Below, one piece after another: positions 29,065-39,557 of a DNA stretch of 64,000 bases. Position numbers and translations under genes: made by a program. Within the stretch, counting starts at the first letter, position 1, and the number at the start of each line of letters is the position of its first letter. Source of the DNA: an uncultured Clostridia bacterium (GTDB lineage: Bacteria; Bacillota; Clostridia; Oscillospirales; Oscillospiraceae); the NCBI GenBank assembly GCA_947170435.1, contig CAMVTO010000001.1, forward strand, positions 60,780 to 124,779, given 5' to 3'. The notes under the pieces were generated by a model. That model was not told the DNA's origin. It saw only the letters and a program-made list of their open reading frames with translations, and ran no database searches.

Positions 29065-30435
29065 ATGGCAAACCAGAATATCCCGTACAAGATCTATCTC
29101 GAAGAAGCGGAGATGCCGAAGTATTGGTACAATGTGCGCGCGGACATGAAAAATAAGCCCGCGCCGCTGTTGAACCCAGGCACCCACCAGCCCATGAAGC
29201 CCGAGGAGCTTGCCGGTGTATTCTGCGACGAGCTGATCGCGCAGGAGCTGGACAACGACACCCGCGAGTACCCCATTCCGCAGGAGATCCTGGATTTCTA
29301 CAAGATGTACCGTCCATCCCCGCTGGTGCGGGCATACTGTCTGGAGGAAAAGCTGCAAACCCCTGCAAAAATCTACTATAAGTTCGAGGGCAACAACACC
29401 TCCGGCAGCCACAAATTAAACTCCGCCATCGCGCAGGCGTACTACGCCAAGAAGCAGGGGCTCCGCGGCGTGACCACTGAGACCGGCGCAGGACAGTGGG
29501 GCACGGCGCTGAGCATGGCGTGCTCGTACTTCGGCCTCGACTGCAAGGTGTTCATGGTCAAGGTCAGCTATGAGCAGAAGCCCTTTCGCCGCGAGGTCAT
29601 GCGCACCTACGGCGCGTCCGTCACGCCCTCGCCGTCCGATACCACGGCAGTCGGCCGCAAGATTCTGGCGGCTCATCCGGGGACGTCCGGCTCTCTGGGC
29701 TGCGCGATCTCCGAGGCAGTGGAGGTCGCGACCTCCACGCCGGGCTACCGCTATGTTCTCGGCAGCGTGCTCAACCAGGTGCTGCTGCATCAGAGCGTCA
29801 TCGGCATGGAGACCAAGATCGCGCTGGATAAGTACGGCATCAAGCCCGATATCGTCATCGGCTGCGCGGGCGGCGGCAGCAACCTCGGCGGACTGATCTC
29901 TCCGTTCATGGGCGAGAAGCTGCGCGGCGAGGCGGATTACCGCATCATCGCCGTCGAGCCAGCGTCCTGCCCCAGCTTCACCCGCGGCGTGTACGCCTAC
30001 GATTTCTGCGATACCGGCATGGTATGTCCCCTTGCGAAGATGTATACCCTCGGCAGCGACTTCATCCCGTCTGCCAACCATGCCGGCGGCCTGCGCTACC
30101 ACGGCATGAGCCCGATCCTCTCCCAGCTCTACGACGACGGCTTTCTGGAGGCGGTCAGCGTGGAGCAGACGCGCGTGTTCGAGGCGGCGGAGCAGTTTGC
30201 CCGCGTGGAGGGCATTCTCCCCGCGCCGGAGAGCAGCCATGCCATCCGCGTCGCCATCGACGAGGCGATGAGGTGCAAGGAGACCGGCGAGGAAAAGACC
30301 ATCGTCTTCGGACTCACCGGCACCGGTTACTTCGACATGGTGGCGTATGAGAAGTTCCACAACGGCGAGATGAGCGACTACATCCCCACCGATGAGGAGC
30401 TGGCGAAGTTCCGCGCGAACCTTCCGAAGATCTGA
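29065..30435 (+). CDS. trpB2: TrpB2-type PLP enzyme (stand-alone tryptophan synthase beta; indole salvage)
   Basis: SGSHKLNSA PLP lysine, TETGAGQWG, GSLGCAISEA, GGGSN, HAGGLRYHG, PAPESSHA; no adjacent trpA. Confidence 0.92.
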   Translation: MANQNIPYKIYLEEAEMPKYWYNVRADMKNKPAPLLNPGTHQPMKPEELAGVFCDELIAQELDNDTREYPIPQEILDFYKMYRPSPLVRAYCLEEKLQTPAKIYYKFEGNNTSGSHKLNSAIAQAYYAKKQGLRGVTTETGAGQWGTALSMACSYFGLDCKVFMVKVSYEQKPFRREVMRTYGASVTPSPSDTTAVGRKILAAHPGTSGSLGCAISEAVEVATSTPGYRYVLGSVLNQVLLHQSVIGMETKIALDKYGIKPDIVIGCAGGGSNLGGLISPFMGEKLRGEADYRIIAVEPASCPSFTRGVYAYDFCDTGMVCPLAKMYTLGSDFIPSANHAGGLRYHGMSPILSQLYDDGFLEAVSVEQTRVFEAAEQFARVEGILPAPESSHAIRVAIDEAMRCKETGEEKTIVFGLTGTGYFDMVAYEKFHNGEMSDYIPTDEELAKFRANLPKI

Positions 30436-30443
30436 TCAAAGCG

Positions 30444-30477
30444 AAAAAGGCTCCCGCCAACGGCGGGAGCCTTTTTT
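30444..30477. terminator. Bidirectional terminator
   Basis: AAAAAGGCTCCCGCC-AAC-GGCGGGAGCCTTTTTT. Confidence 0.9.
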
Positions 30478-31832
30478 CAATCTCCGAATTGTTCGTGCAT
30501 GGCTTTCATCGTTTTTTTCAGGAAGTACACCGACAAAAGCAGCGAGAACACCTCCGCAATGGGGTAGCTGAGCCATACCAGCTCCAGCCGCCGCGTCAGG
30601 GAAAGCAGATACGCCGCGGGCAGCAGCACCAGCAGCTGACGGCAGATGGACACGACAAGAGAGTGCATCGGGTTGCCGATGGCCTGAAAGACCGAGCCGG
30701 CAATGATGCAGAAGCCCGCGAACAGGTAGCTTGTGGCGATGATGCGAAACGCCGGAACGCCGTCGCGGAGCATCGCCGCGTCCGCGTCGAAGATGCGCAG
30801 CAGCTGCGAGGGAAACACCTCGAACATGAACACGCCGAGGAGCATGATGCCGACAGCGGTGAGGACGCTCAGTCGGATGGTCTTTTTCACGCGGTCGGCG
30901 CGCCGCGCGCCGTAGTTGTAGGAGATGATCGGCACCATGGCGTTGTTCAGACCGAACACCGGCATGAAGATGAAGCTCTGCAATTTGAAGTACGCGCCAT
31001 ATACCGCCGTTGCCACCGTGGAGAAGGTCAGCAGGATCTGGTTCATACCAAACACGAGGAAAGAGCCGACACATTGCATCAAAATCGACGGAAATCCAAT
31101 CTTGTAAACCTCTTTTGCAATGTCAACCCTGAAGCGCATCTCGTGGATATCCAGCGAAATGTCCTTATTGTACCATACGTTTATGAACAAGCCAATGAAT
31201 GCAGAAACGATCTGCCCCAGCACGGTTGCGATCGCCGCGCCCTTGACGCCCATGGCAGGGAAGCCGAGGTAGCCGAAGATCAGGATCGGATCCAGGATGA
31301 TGTTGATGACCGCGCCGGTGATCTGGGTGATCATCGAGAGCGACGTGCGGCCGGTGGCCTGCAAAAAGCGCTCAAAGCAGAACTGGAAGAAGATGCCGAA
31401 CGAAAGGCCAAGGCAGATCGTGCAGTACACGGTGCCGGCCTCGACAATGGCGGAGACGTCGGTCTGCGTCCGAAAAAACGGCCCGGAGCAGGTGAAGCCG
31501 ATTCCCGCAAAGAGCGCCGCGCACAGCGCAAAGAGAATCACGCCGGTATTTGCCACGCGGTTTGCCATGTCCTGCCGCTTTTCGCCCAGCGAGCGGGAGA
31601 TCAGCGCGTTGACGCCAAGCCCTGTGCCCGCGCCGAGACCGATCATCAGCGCCTGGAGCGGAAACGCCAGCGACAGCGCGTTGAACGCGTCCTGACTCAC
31701 GCGTGAGACGAAGTAGCTGTCCACCACGTTGTACAGCGCCTGGAGCAGCATGGATATCATCATGGGGACCGCCATGGCCGCAAGGAGCTTCCCCTCCGCC
31801 ATGGTGCCCATTTTGTTTTCTTTGGTTTCCAT
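30477..31832 (-). CDS. MATE family efflux transporter
   Basis: LYNVVDSYFV, NIILDPILIFG, MGVKGAAIATV, YNYGA; about 12 TM segments. Confidence 0.93.
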   Translation of the reverse strand: METKENKMGTMAEGKLLAAMAVPMMISMLLQALYNVVDSYFVSRVSQDAFNALSLAFPLQALMIGLGAGTGLGVNALISRSLGEKRQDMANRVANTGVILFALCAALFAGIGFTCSGPFFRTQTDVSAIVEAGTVYCTICLGLSFGIFFQFCFERFLQATGRTSLSMITQITGAVINIILDPILIFGYLGFPAMGVKGAAIATVLGQIVSAFIGLFINVWYNKDISLDIHEMRFRVDIAKEVYKIGFPSILMQCVGSFLVFGMNQILLTFSTVATAVYGAYFKLQSFIFMPVFGLNNAMVPIISYNYGARRADRVKKTIRLSVLTAVGIMLLGVFMFEVFPSQLLRIFDADAAMLRDGVPAFRIIATSYLFAGFCIIAGSVFQAIGNPMHSLVVSICRQLLVLLPAAYLLSLTRRLELVWLSYPIAEVFSLLLSVYFLKKTMKAMHEQFGD

Positions 31833-31939
31833 AATTATCCTCTTGATCTGAAAAATACGGGGCCGCCTCTGGTCGGGGGCGACTCCGTTATTGCTGAAAG
31901 AAAGGCTAAGACTCGGATTTGCCTGGACGGCAAGTCCCC

Positions 31940-33064
31940 TTATTTCTTGAGTTCGCCGTTGGCGGCCTTGGTCAGGTACGCGTTGATGAAACCGTCCAGC
32001 TCGCCGTCCATGACCGACTGAATGTTGCCGGTTTCATAGTCCGTGCGGTTGTCCTTCACCAGCTGATAGGGCATGAACACATAGGAGCGGATCTGGCTGC
32101 CCCACTCGATCTTGAGCTGCACGCCCTTGAGGTCGCTGATCTTCTCCGCGTGCTGCTGCAATTTGAGCTGCACCAGCTTCGCCTTGAGCATCTCCATGGC
32201 ATAGTCGCGGTTCTGGAACTGCGAGCGCTGGGTCTGACACGCGGTCACGATGCCCGTGGGCTTGTGGATCAGGCGCACCGCGGAGCTGGTCTTGTTGATG
32301 TGCTGGCCGCCCGCACCGCTGGAGCGGTAGACCTGCATCTCAATGTCCTCGGGCCGGATCTCCACCTCGATGTCCTGCGGCAGCTCCGGCATGACCTCCA
32401 GCGCCGCGAACGACGTCTGGCGGCGGGCGTTGGCGTCAAACGGCGACACGCGCACGAGGCGATGTACGCCGTGCTCGCCCTTGAGATAGCCGTAGGCGTT
32501 CTCGCCGCGGATCATCACCGTCGCGCTCTTTAAGCCCGCCTCGTCGCCGTCGAGATAGTCGAGCATCTCGAACTCAAAGCCGTGCTTGTTCGCCCACTGC
32601 ATGTACATGCGGTAGAGCATTTCCGCCCAGTCCTGCGCCTCGGTGCCGCCCGCGCCGGGGTGGAACTCCAAAATGGCGTTACAGTGGTCGTACTCACCGG
32701 AGAGCAGCGTGGTGAGCCGCGCGGCGTCCAGCTTTTGCTCCAGCTCGGCGTAGCCCGCCTCCAGCTCCGGCAACAGGCTGTCGTCGTCCATCTCCGTGCC
32801 CATGTCGACCAGTGCCAGCAGGTCGTCCCGCTCGGAGACGAGCTTTTCGTAGCGCTGCACCTTGCTTTGCAGCTGCTTGAGCTGCGTCTGGTTCTTCTGG
32901 CTGCGCTCCACGTCGTTCCAGAAGCCCTCCTCCTCGGCCTCGGCCAGCAGGCGCTCGATCTCGTGCTTCGCGCTCTCGATCTCCAGCGCCTTGTAGAGGT
33001 TGTCTATGGTTTCATCCATGCCGTGCAGCTTCTGCTTGTAGCTGTCGTATTCGATCACTGCCAT
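31940..33064 (-). CDS. prfB: Peptide chain release factor 2 (single uninterrupted frame)
   Basis: GAGGTEAQDW, HRLVRVSPF (SPF anticodon-mimic), GAGGQHIN, WGSQIRSY. Confidence 0.97.
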   Translation of the reverse strand: MAVIEYDSYKQKLHGMDETIDNLYKALEIESAKHEIERLLAEAEEEGFWNDVERSQKNQTQLKQLQSKVQRYEKLVSERDDLLALVDMGTEMDDDSLLPELEAGYAELEQKLDAARLTTLLSGEYDHCNAILEFHPGAGGTEAQDWAEMLYRMYMQWANKHGFEFEMLDYLDGDEAGLKSATVMIRGENAYGYLKGEHGVHRLVRVSPFDANARRQTSFAALEVMPELPQDIEVEIRPEDIEMQVYRSSGAGGQHINKTSSAVRLIHKPTGIVTACQTQRSQFQNRDYAMEMLKAKLVQLKLQQHAEKISDLKGVQLKIEWGSQIRSYVFMPYQLVKDNRTDYETGNIQSVMDGELDGFINAYLTKAANGELKK

Positions 33065-33091
33065 AATGATAATCCCTTCTTCCTCTTGTGG

Positions 33092-33136
33092 CACCCCGTT
33101 TTAAGGGGAGCTGCCGCCGCGGGCGGCTGAGGGGTG
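33092..33136 (+). repeat. REP-like short palindromic element in the prfB leader
   Basis: CCCC-GTTTTAA-GGGG-AGCTG-CCGCC-GCG-GGCGG-CTGAGGGG; single copy in this window. Confidence 0.45.
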
Positions 33137-33246
33137 TTCCTTTTTTGCGTTAACTGTGGGATTCTACCATACACATATAAAAAAAGCAAGGGAAAGCCGC
33201 GAAAAAGGCTTGTGTTTCCCGGTTTTGTCTCATATACTAGGGCAGT

Positions 33247-34095
33247 ATGAAACAAAAACGGAGAAAAATTGCGATCGCTGTCCTTGCCGCGCTGCTCCTT
33301 GGCGTGTGGTGGGACAATATGCGCCTTGTCACCGAGACGTTTACTTACGCCGACGCCGCGCTGCCGGAAGCGTTTGAGGGCTTGCGCGTCGTGCAGCTCT
33401 CAGACCTTCACGCCCGACAGTTCGGCGAGGGGAACGCGCGGCTCATCGCCGCGGTGGAGCGGGCAAAGCCCGATCTCATCGCGCTCACCGGAGACTTTGT
33501 GGACGGACACAGCAACGTTGCCGATATCATCCCGCTCGTAGACGGCCTGACGGCCATCGCGCCGGTGTACTACGTCACCGGCAACCACGAGTGGGGCAGC
33601 GGGCAGGCGCAAACCGTGATGCATACGCTACGGGCGCTTGGGGTTTACTGTCTGGAAAATGAGTTTACAATCCTGGAACGTGGCGGCGAGCACATCCTTT
33701 TGGCCGGCATTCACGACCCCAACGGCTTCGCCGACCAGAAGACGCCGGAGGAGCTGGCGCGGGAGATCTATGCCGCGGAGGATGATCCCTTCTGGCTGCT
33801 GCTGGCGCACCGCAACAACCTGTTCAACGGGCGTTATTGCCGTCTGGGGGCGAACCTGACGCTCTGCGGTCATGCCCATGGGGGCATCTGGCGCCTGCCC
33901 TTCACCGACGGGCTCATCGACGCCACGAAGACACTCTTCCCGTCGTATACCAGCGGGTTCTACACCTGTACCGACGGCGGGCACGAGCGCGCGACCGTGT
34001 TTGTCTCGCGCGGGCTGGGGAACTCACCCCGCGGCGTCCCGCGGCTGCTGAACCCGCCGCAGGTGGCGGTCATTACGCTGACGCGGGGCGAGTAA
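33247..34095 (+). CDS. Calcineurin-like metallophosphoesterase (YkuE-like)
   Basis: SDLH, TGDFVD, GNHE, LAH, GHAHGG, VSRGLG; N-terminal TM. Confidence 0.92.
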   Translation: MKQKRRKIAIAVLAALLLGVWWDNMRLVTETFTYADAALPEAFEGLRVVQLSDLHARQFGEGNARLIAAVERAKPDLIALTGDFVDGHSNVADIIPLVDGLTAIAPVYYVTGNHEWGSGQAQTVMHTLRALGVYCLENEFTILERGGEHILLAGIHDPNGFADQKTPEELAREIYAAEDDPFWLLLAHRNNLFNGRYCRLGANLTLCGHAHGGIWRLPFTDGLIDATKTLFPSYTSGFYTCTDGGHERATVFVSRGLGNSPRGVPRLLNPPQVAVITLTRGE

Positions 34096-34137
34096 CGCGC
34101 CCGGGCTGTCCCTCATACACTGGTTTGAGGTGATGGC

Positions 34138-34473
34138 ATGCAACTGCTGGAGGATGGGATCATTGCCGCGCTGGCGGCGATCGGGCTGGTGACGCTGCTC
34201 TTCGCGCTGCTCTCGGCACTGCTGCGCCCACGCGGCTGCACTGCGGAGGACGCGTTCGCCGTTGTTCCCTGCCGCGCCGGGGAGGGCGCGAAGCTGGAGC
34301 GCACCGTGCGCACGCTGGAGCGCGCCCGCTATGACTGCGGTGGGTTCTGCCGCATCGTGATCCTCGACCGGGGAATGGACGAGGAGGCGCGGAAGGTGGC
34401 AGCGCTGCTGTGTCACGACAGCTTTGACGTTACTATTTGTAATAATTTGTCGAAATTCAACGAATCGGAGTAG
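34138..34473 (+). CDS. Hypothetical membrane-anchored protein
   Basis: GAGGTG RBS; N-terminal TM; fills the gap before recD2. Confidence 0.7.
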   Translation: MQLLEDGIIAALAAIGLVTLLFALLSALLRPRGCTAEDAFAVVPCRAGEGAKLERTVRTLERARYDCGGFCRIVILDRGMDEEARKVAALLCHDSFDVTICNNLSKFNESE

Positions 34474-34476
34474 ATC

Positions 34477-36681
34477 ATGGACGAACAACAGACGCTCATC
34501 GGAACCGTTGCGGCGGTCGTTTTCCAGAACGAGGAGAACGGCTATGCCGTGGTGCGCATCGTTACCGACGATGGCGAGCTGATCACCGTCGTCGGCTGCA
34601 TACCCTGCGCGGCGCCCGGTGAGCAGATCGCCGCCACCGGGGCATTTGTCACCCATCCGCAGCACGGTGAGCAGTTCTCTGCGACCGAGGTAGAGCGGCA
34701 GATGCCGGCCACCGAGAGCGCGATTCTGGACTATCTCGCCTCCGGGGTCGTCCGGGGCATCGGTCCCGCCACCGCGCAGAAGCTGGTGGAGCGCTTCGGC
34801 CTCGATACGCTGGAGGTGCTGGAGAACGCGCCTGAAGAGCTGCGCAAGGTAAAGGGCTTTACAGACAAGCGCGTGCGCGAGATCACCGAGAGCTTTCGCG
34901 AGCAGATGGGGCTGCGGCGGCTGATGGAGTTTCTGCTGCGTTTTGAGCTGCCGGTGAGCCTGTCCGTGCCGCTCTACCGGCGCTTTGGCAGCGCCGCCAT
35001 GGAGATGCTGCGCCGCAATCCGTACTTACTGGTGGACGAGCCGTTTTCGCTCGACTTCGCGCTGGCGGACGAGATCGCGCTCTCACTGGGCGGAGACACC
35101 TCCTGCCGTACCGAGGCGGGGATCTTATTTGAGCTTTCCCACAACGAGAGCAATGGCGGGCACATCTTCCTGCCCCGCGTGAAGCTGATCGCCGCCACGG
35201 CGCAGCTGCTGGACGCGCCGGAGGAGGAGATCGAAAAAGCGCTGGACAATCTGATCGACACAAACCGGGTGGTGCAGGAGCCGGTGGCGAACGTCACCGC
35301 GTGCTATCTTGCCCGCAGCCTGGAGGCCGAGCGCTACGTCGCGCTGCGCATTCGCGCCATGCTCTCGGACAAGCCTGACAAGCTGAAGGGCGCGAAGCGC
35401 GCCATCGACGAGATCGAGCGGGAGCAGGGCATTGAGTACGCGCCGCTCCAGCGCCGCGCCGTGGAGCTGGCGGCGGAGCAGGAGCTGCTGATCCTCACCG
35501 GCGGCCCCGGTACGGGAAAAACCACCTCGGTGCGGGCGATTTTGACGCTCTTTGCGCGCATGGGGCTGGACGTGCTGCTCGCCGCGCCCACGGGCCGCGC
35601 CGCGAAGCGCATGGGCGAGGTCTGCGGCCGCGACGCCCAGACTATCCACCGCATGCTGGGCATGAGCTGGGACGAGCATACCGGCAAGATCCAATTCACG
35701 AAGAACGAGAAAGACCCCTTGAAGGCTGACGCGGTGATTGTGGACGAGACCTCGATGGTCGATCTGGCACTGATGCGGGCGCTGCTCGCGGCGCTGCGGC
35801 CGGGGTGCCGGCTGGTGCTGGTGGGTGATCCCGACCAGTTGCCCAGCGTGGGCGCGGGAAACGTGTTCTCAGACCTCATCCGCAGCGGGCGGGTGGAAAC
35901 CGTCGCGCTGACCGAGGTGTTCCGGCAGGCACAGCAGTCCGCCATCATCCGCAATGCCCATGCTGTCAACGAAGGCAACGTGCCGGAGCTGACCAACACG
36001 GCGGAGAGCGATTTCTTTTTCCTGCCTCGCCGTGACCCGGTGCGGCTGGCGGACACGGTGGTGGAGCTGTGCAAAACGAGACTGCCCGAAAAAATGGGCA
36101 TCCCCGCGGCGGAGATCCAAGTGCTGACCCCCACCCACAAGGGAGCGGCGGGCACCGTTGCTCTCAACCGAGCCTTACAGGCGGCGCTGAACCCGGCGTC
36201 CCCGGAGAAGCGGGAGCGTCTGTTCGGCGATACGGTGTTCCGCGAGGGCGACCGCGTCATGCAGACGCGCAACGATTACGACGTGATCTGGGAGCGGGAG
36301 GACGGCACCGCCGGTACGGGCGTCTTCAACGGCGACGTGGGGCAGATCCTGCAAATCGAACCCAGCGGCGAGCTGCTGACCGTCGCCTTTGACGACCGCG
36401 TGGCGACATATACCGCGGATATGCTCGCGGAGCTGGACATCGCCTACGCCATCACCGTACATAAGGCGCAGGGCAGTGAGTACCGCGGCGTGGTGTTCGC
36501 TGCCGCGGGCTGTCCCGCAGCGCTGGAGGTGCGGGGCGTGCTGTATACCGCCATTACCCGCGCCCGGGAGCTGCTGATCGTTGTGGGCGACGACAGCACC
36601 GTGCGGCGCATGACCGAAAACGACAAACGACAGAGAAGATACAGCGGCCTGCGCTGGCGGCTGGCAGAGGACAAGACATGA
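34477..36681 (+). CDS. recD2: ATP-dependent RecD2-like DNA helicase
   Basis: [17 protein letters not shown] Hh[50 protein letters not shown]. Confidence 0.95.
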   Translation: MDEQQTLIGTVAAVVFQNEENGYAVVRIVTDDGELITVVGCIPCAAPGEQIAATGAFVTHPQHGEQFSATEVERQMPATESAILDYLASGVVRGIGPATAQKLVERFGLDTLEVLENAPEELRKVKGFTDKRVREITESFREQMGLRRLMEFLLRFELPVSLSVPLYRRFGSAAMEMLRRNPYLLVDEPFSLDFALADEIALSLGGDTSCRTEAGILFELSHNESNGGHIFLPRVKLIAATAQLLDAPEEEIEKALDNLIDTNRVVQEPVANVTACYLARSLEAERYVALRIRAMLSDKPDKLKGAKRAIDEIEREQGIEYAPLQRRAVELAAEQELLILTGGPGTGKTTSVRAILTLFARMGLDVLLAAPTGRAAKRMGEVCGRDAQTIHRMLGMSWDEHTGKIQFTKNEKDPLKADAVIVDETSMVDLALMRALLAALRPGCRLVLVGDPDQLPSVGAGNVFSDLIRSGRVETVALTEVFRQAQQSAIIRNAHAVNEGNVPELTNTAESDFFFLPRRDPVRLADTVVELCKTRLPEKMGIPAAEIQVLTPTHKGAAGTVALNRALQAALNPASPEKRERLFGDTVFREGDRVMQTRNDYDVIWEREDGTAGTGVFNGDVGQILQIEPSGELLTVAFDDRVATYTADMLAELDIAYAITVHKAQGSEYRGVVFAAAGCPAALEVRGVLYTAITRARELLIVVGDDSTVRRMTENDKRQRRYSGLRWRLAEDKT

Positions 36682-38549
36682 AGGAATTTTCGGCAGGAGC
36701 ATACGACGTAGCCGTGATCGGCGCAGGACACGCGGGCATCGAGGCCGCGCTTGCCGCCGCGCGCCTCGGCATGAAGACCGTGTGCTTTACCATCAACCTG
36801 GACGCAGTGGGCAATATGCCCTGCAATCCCGCCATCGGCGGCACGGGCAAGGGGCACCTCGTGCGCGAGCTGGACGCTCTCGGCGGCGAGATGGCGAAGG
36901 CGGCGGACAAGGCGTGTATCCAATATCGGCTGCTCAACCGCGGCAAAGGCCCCGCGGTGTGGTCGCTGCGCGCGCAGGCGGATCGCCGCCGCTATCAGGA
37001 GGTCATGAAGCACACGCTGGAAAAGCAGGAGAACCTGCTGGTGCGTCAGGCGGAGATCGTCGACCTCCGTGTGGAACACGGCGCGGTCAGGAGCGTCGTC
37101 ACCGCCACCGGCGGCGTGTATGAGGTGAAGGCGGTGGTGCTGTCCACGGGGACGTATCTCGCGGGACGCACGATCATCGGCGAGTGTATTGAGGACAGCG
37201 GCCCTGACGGGATGCACGCCGCGACGACGCTGGCGCGGCGGCTGAGCGAACTCGGTCTCCCGATGCGCCGGTTCAAGACCGGTACGCCGCCCCGCGTCAA
37301 TGCCCGGAGCGTGGACTTTTCCAAGCTGGAGCGGCAGGACGGCGACGCCGTGCCGGTGCCGTTCTCGTTTGAGACGACGGACGCACCGAATAATCAGGCG
37401 GTCTGCTATTTGACCTACACCAACGCCGAGACCCACCGCATCATCCACGAAAACCTCGACCGCAGCCCGATCTACTCCGGCGTCATCGAGGGCATCGGCC
37501 CGCGGTACTGCCCGTCCATCGAGACGAAGATCGTGCGCTTTCCCGACAAGGCGCGGCACCAACTCTTTATTGAGCCGATGGGGCTGAACACCGAGGAACT
37601 GTATATTCAAGGCTTTTCATCCTCCATGCCGGAGGAGGTGCAGGTCGCGATGCTCCACACGCTCCCCGGCCTCGAGCACGCGGAGATGACCCGCCCCGCC
37701 TACGCCATTGAGTACGACTGCATCGACCCTGTGGCGCTGTTGCCGACGCTGGAGACGAAAGCCATCCGCGGTCTCTACGGCGCGGGGCAGTTCAACGGCT
37801 CATCGGGCTATGAGGAAGCGGCGGTGCAAGGCTTCGTGGCGGGCGTCAACGCGGCGCTCAAGCGCAAGGGCGAGGAGCCGCTGATTCTTGGCCGCGAGCA
37901 GAGCTACATCGGCACGCTGATCGACGACCTCGTCACCAAGGGCACCAACGAGCCGTACCGCATGATGACCTCGCGGAGCGAGTACCGATTGCTGCTGCGG
38001 CAGGACAACGCCGACGAACGGCTCACGGCAATCGGCCACCGGATCGGCCTCGTGAGCGACGAGCGGCTTGCCGCCGTGGAGGATAAATATGCTGCCATCG
38101 AGAGGGAAATCAAGCGTCTCGAGCATACGGGCATCCCGTCCTCGGACGCGCTCAACGCCCTGCTGACCGCGCGCGGTACCGCCGAAGTCCACGACGGCGC
38201 GACGCTGCTGAACCTGCTGCGCCGCCCGCAGCTGTCCTACGACGATCTGCGCGCGTTCGACGCAGGCTGCGCGACGTTCCCTGCTGCGCTCGCCGAAAGT
38301 GTGGAGATCGCGGTCAAGTACGAGGGCTATATCAAGCGCCAGAGGGCGGAGGTCGCGGAGTTCGCGCGGCTGGAGCGCAAGGCGCTGCCGGAGACGGTTG
38401 ACTATAGCGCGATAGACGGTCTGCGACTGGAGGCGCGGGAGAAGCTGGACGCCATCCGACCCCGCAGTCTGGGGCAGGCAAGCCGCATTTCGGGCGTCAG
38501 CCCCGCGGACATCGCGGCATTGATGATCTGGCTGGAGCGGAACAACTGA
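36678..38549 (+). CDS. mnmG: tRNA uridine-5-carboxymethylaminomethyl modification enzyme
   Basis: [50 protein letters not shown]. Confidence 0.98.
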   Translation: MKEFSAGAYDVAVIGAGHAGIEAALAAARLGMKTVCFTINLDAVGNMPCNPAIGGTGKGHLVRELDALGGEMAKAADKACIQYRLLNRGKGPAVWSLRAQADRRRYQEVMKHTLEKQENLLVRQAEIVDLRVEHGAVRSVVTATGGVYEVKAVVLSTGTYLAGRTIIGECIEDSGPDGMHAATTLARRLSELGLPMRRFKTGTPPRVNARSVDFSKLERQDGDAVPVPFSFETTDAPNNQAVCYLTYTNAETHRIIHENLDRSPIYSGVIEGIGPRYCPSIETKIVRFPDKARHQLFIEPMGLNTEELYIQGFSSSMPEEVQVAMLHTLPGLEHAEMTRPAYAIEYDCIDPVALLPTLETKAIRGLYGAGQFNGSSGYEEAAVQGFVAGVNAALKRKGEEPLILGREQSYIGTLIDDLVTKGTNEPYRMMTSRSEYRLLLRQDNADERLTAIGHRIGLVSDERLAAVEDKYAAIEREIKRLEHTGIPSSDALNALLTARGTAEVHDGATLLNLLRRPQLSYDDLRAFDAGCATFPAALAESVEIAVKYEGYIKRQRAEVAEFARLERKALPETVDYSAIDGLRLEAREKLDAIRPRSLGQASRISGVSPADIAALMIWLERNN

Positions 38550-38585
38550 CAAAAACCTCCCGCCGCACGGCGGGAGGTTTTTGTC
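38548..38585. terminator. Bidirectional terminator
   Basis: GACAAAAACCTCCCGCCG-CA-CGGCGGGAGGTTTTTGTC. Confidence 0.9.
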
Positions 38586-38589
38586 GCTC

Positions 38590-39345
38590 TTACAGGTCTT
38601 GCGCCGGGGCTTCAGGCGCGGGCTGCTTCACCTGCTCGTAGAAGCCGGCCTGCGAGAGCCGCAGGTACGGCGTGAGAAAGATCTCGACGAGCGCCAGCAG
38701 GATGCCGCTGATCAGGATGTAGAGGATATCGCCCGCCGCGGTGTCCGGCAGGACGGGGCCGAGCGCGAACTGGCAGACGGAGAACACTGCGAACTCGCCC
38801 AGCAGCAGCGGCCAGAAGCTCACATACAGACCGAGGAGCTGCCACTTGTGGCCGCGCATCTCCGCGCGGCTGCGGCGCAGCGCCTCCAGCACGTTGATCT
38901 CAGGGTCGTCCACCAGATGGAACAGCGCCATGGAGTAGGAGAAGAGCATGACCACACCCGGCAGGATAAACAGCGAAAGGCCCAGGCCTACCAGCGACCA
39001 CATCAGCACATCCAGCAGCACGACCTTGCCCGCGAAGGGGAAAGCGTCAAACAGGCTGTCGTATGGCAGCGATTCGCCGCGGCGGAGGCGCAGGCAGTAG
39101 AGCAGGAACCCTGCGTTGAGCACGGCGGAGATCAGCACGATCAGCACGTCGAAGAACGAGAACGCCATCGGCAGACCGTTCACCGACGCCGCGGGCATCA
39201 GCCGCCCGGCGACGGTGCCGATGAGGTTGAGGCCGAGGGTGAGGATAAGCAGCAGCGCCGTCATACGCAGCGGCAGCACGCGCGCGGTGCGCATCAGGTT
39301 CCACGACTGCTCCTTGAGCGTGCGCAGGTCAAAGGATTCGGGCAT
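38590..39345 (-). CDS. DUF975 family membrane protein
   Basis: SLFILPGVV..SYSMA, EALRRSRAEMRGHKWQL, PYL..S.A.FY pattern; start codon uncertain. Confidence 0.82.
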   Translation of the reverse strand: MPESFDLRTLKEQSWNLMRTARVLPLRMTALLLILTLGLNLIGTVAGRLMPAASVNGLPMAFSFFDVLIVLISAVLNAGFLLYCLRLRRGESLPYDSLFDAFPFAGKVVLLDVLMWSLVGLGLSLFILPGVVMLFSYSMALFHLVDDPEINVLEALRRSRAEMRGHKWQLLGLYVSFWPLLLGEFAVFSVCQFALGPVLPDTAAGDILYILISGILLALVEIFLTPYLRLSQAGFYEQVKQPAPEAPAQDL

Positions 39346-39557
39346 GGGCATACCTCCCATCATAAGCTATACCGTACCATAGCACAAAAATCGAAAAAAC
39401 GCAAACCCGGCAAAGAAAACAGATATAGTGGCGAAAAATAGCTGTCATACAAGATAATCAACTGGACAAGGCGCACAAAGTGCGATATAATCTATCCGAC
39501 TATGGGGCAAAGTCGGCGTTCGCCGGACTGCCTGTGGAAAAAAGATGAGGTGAGACA

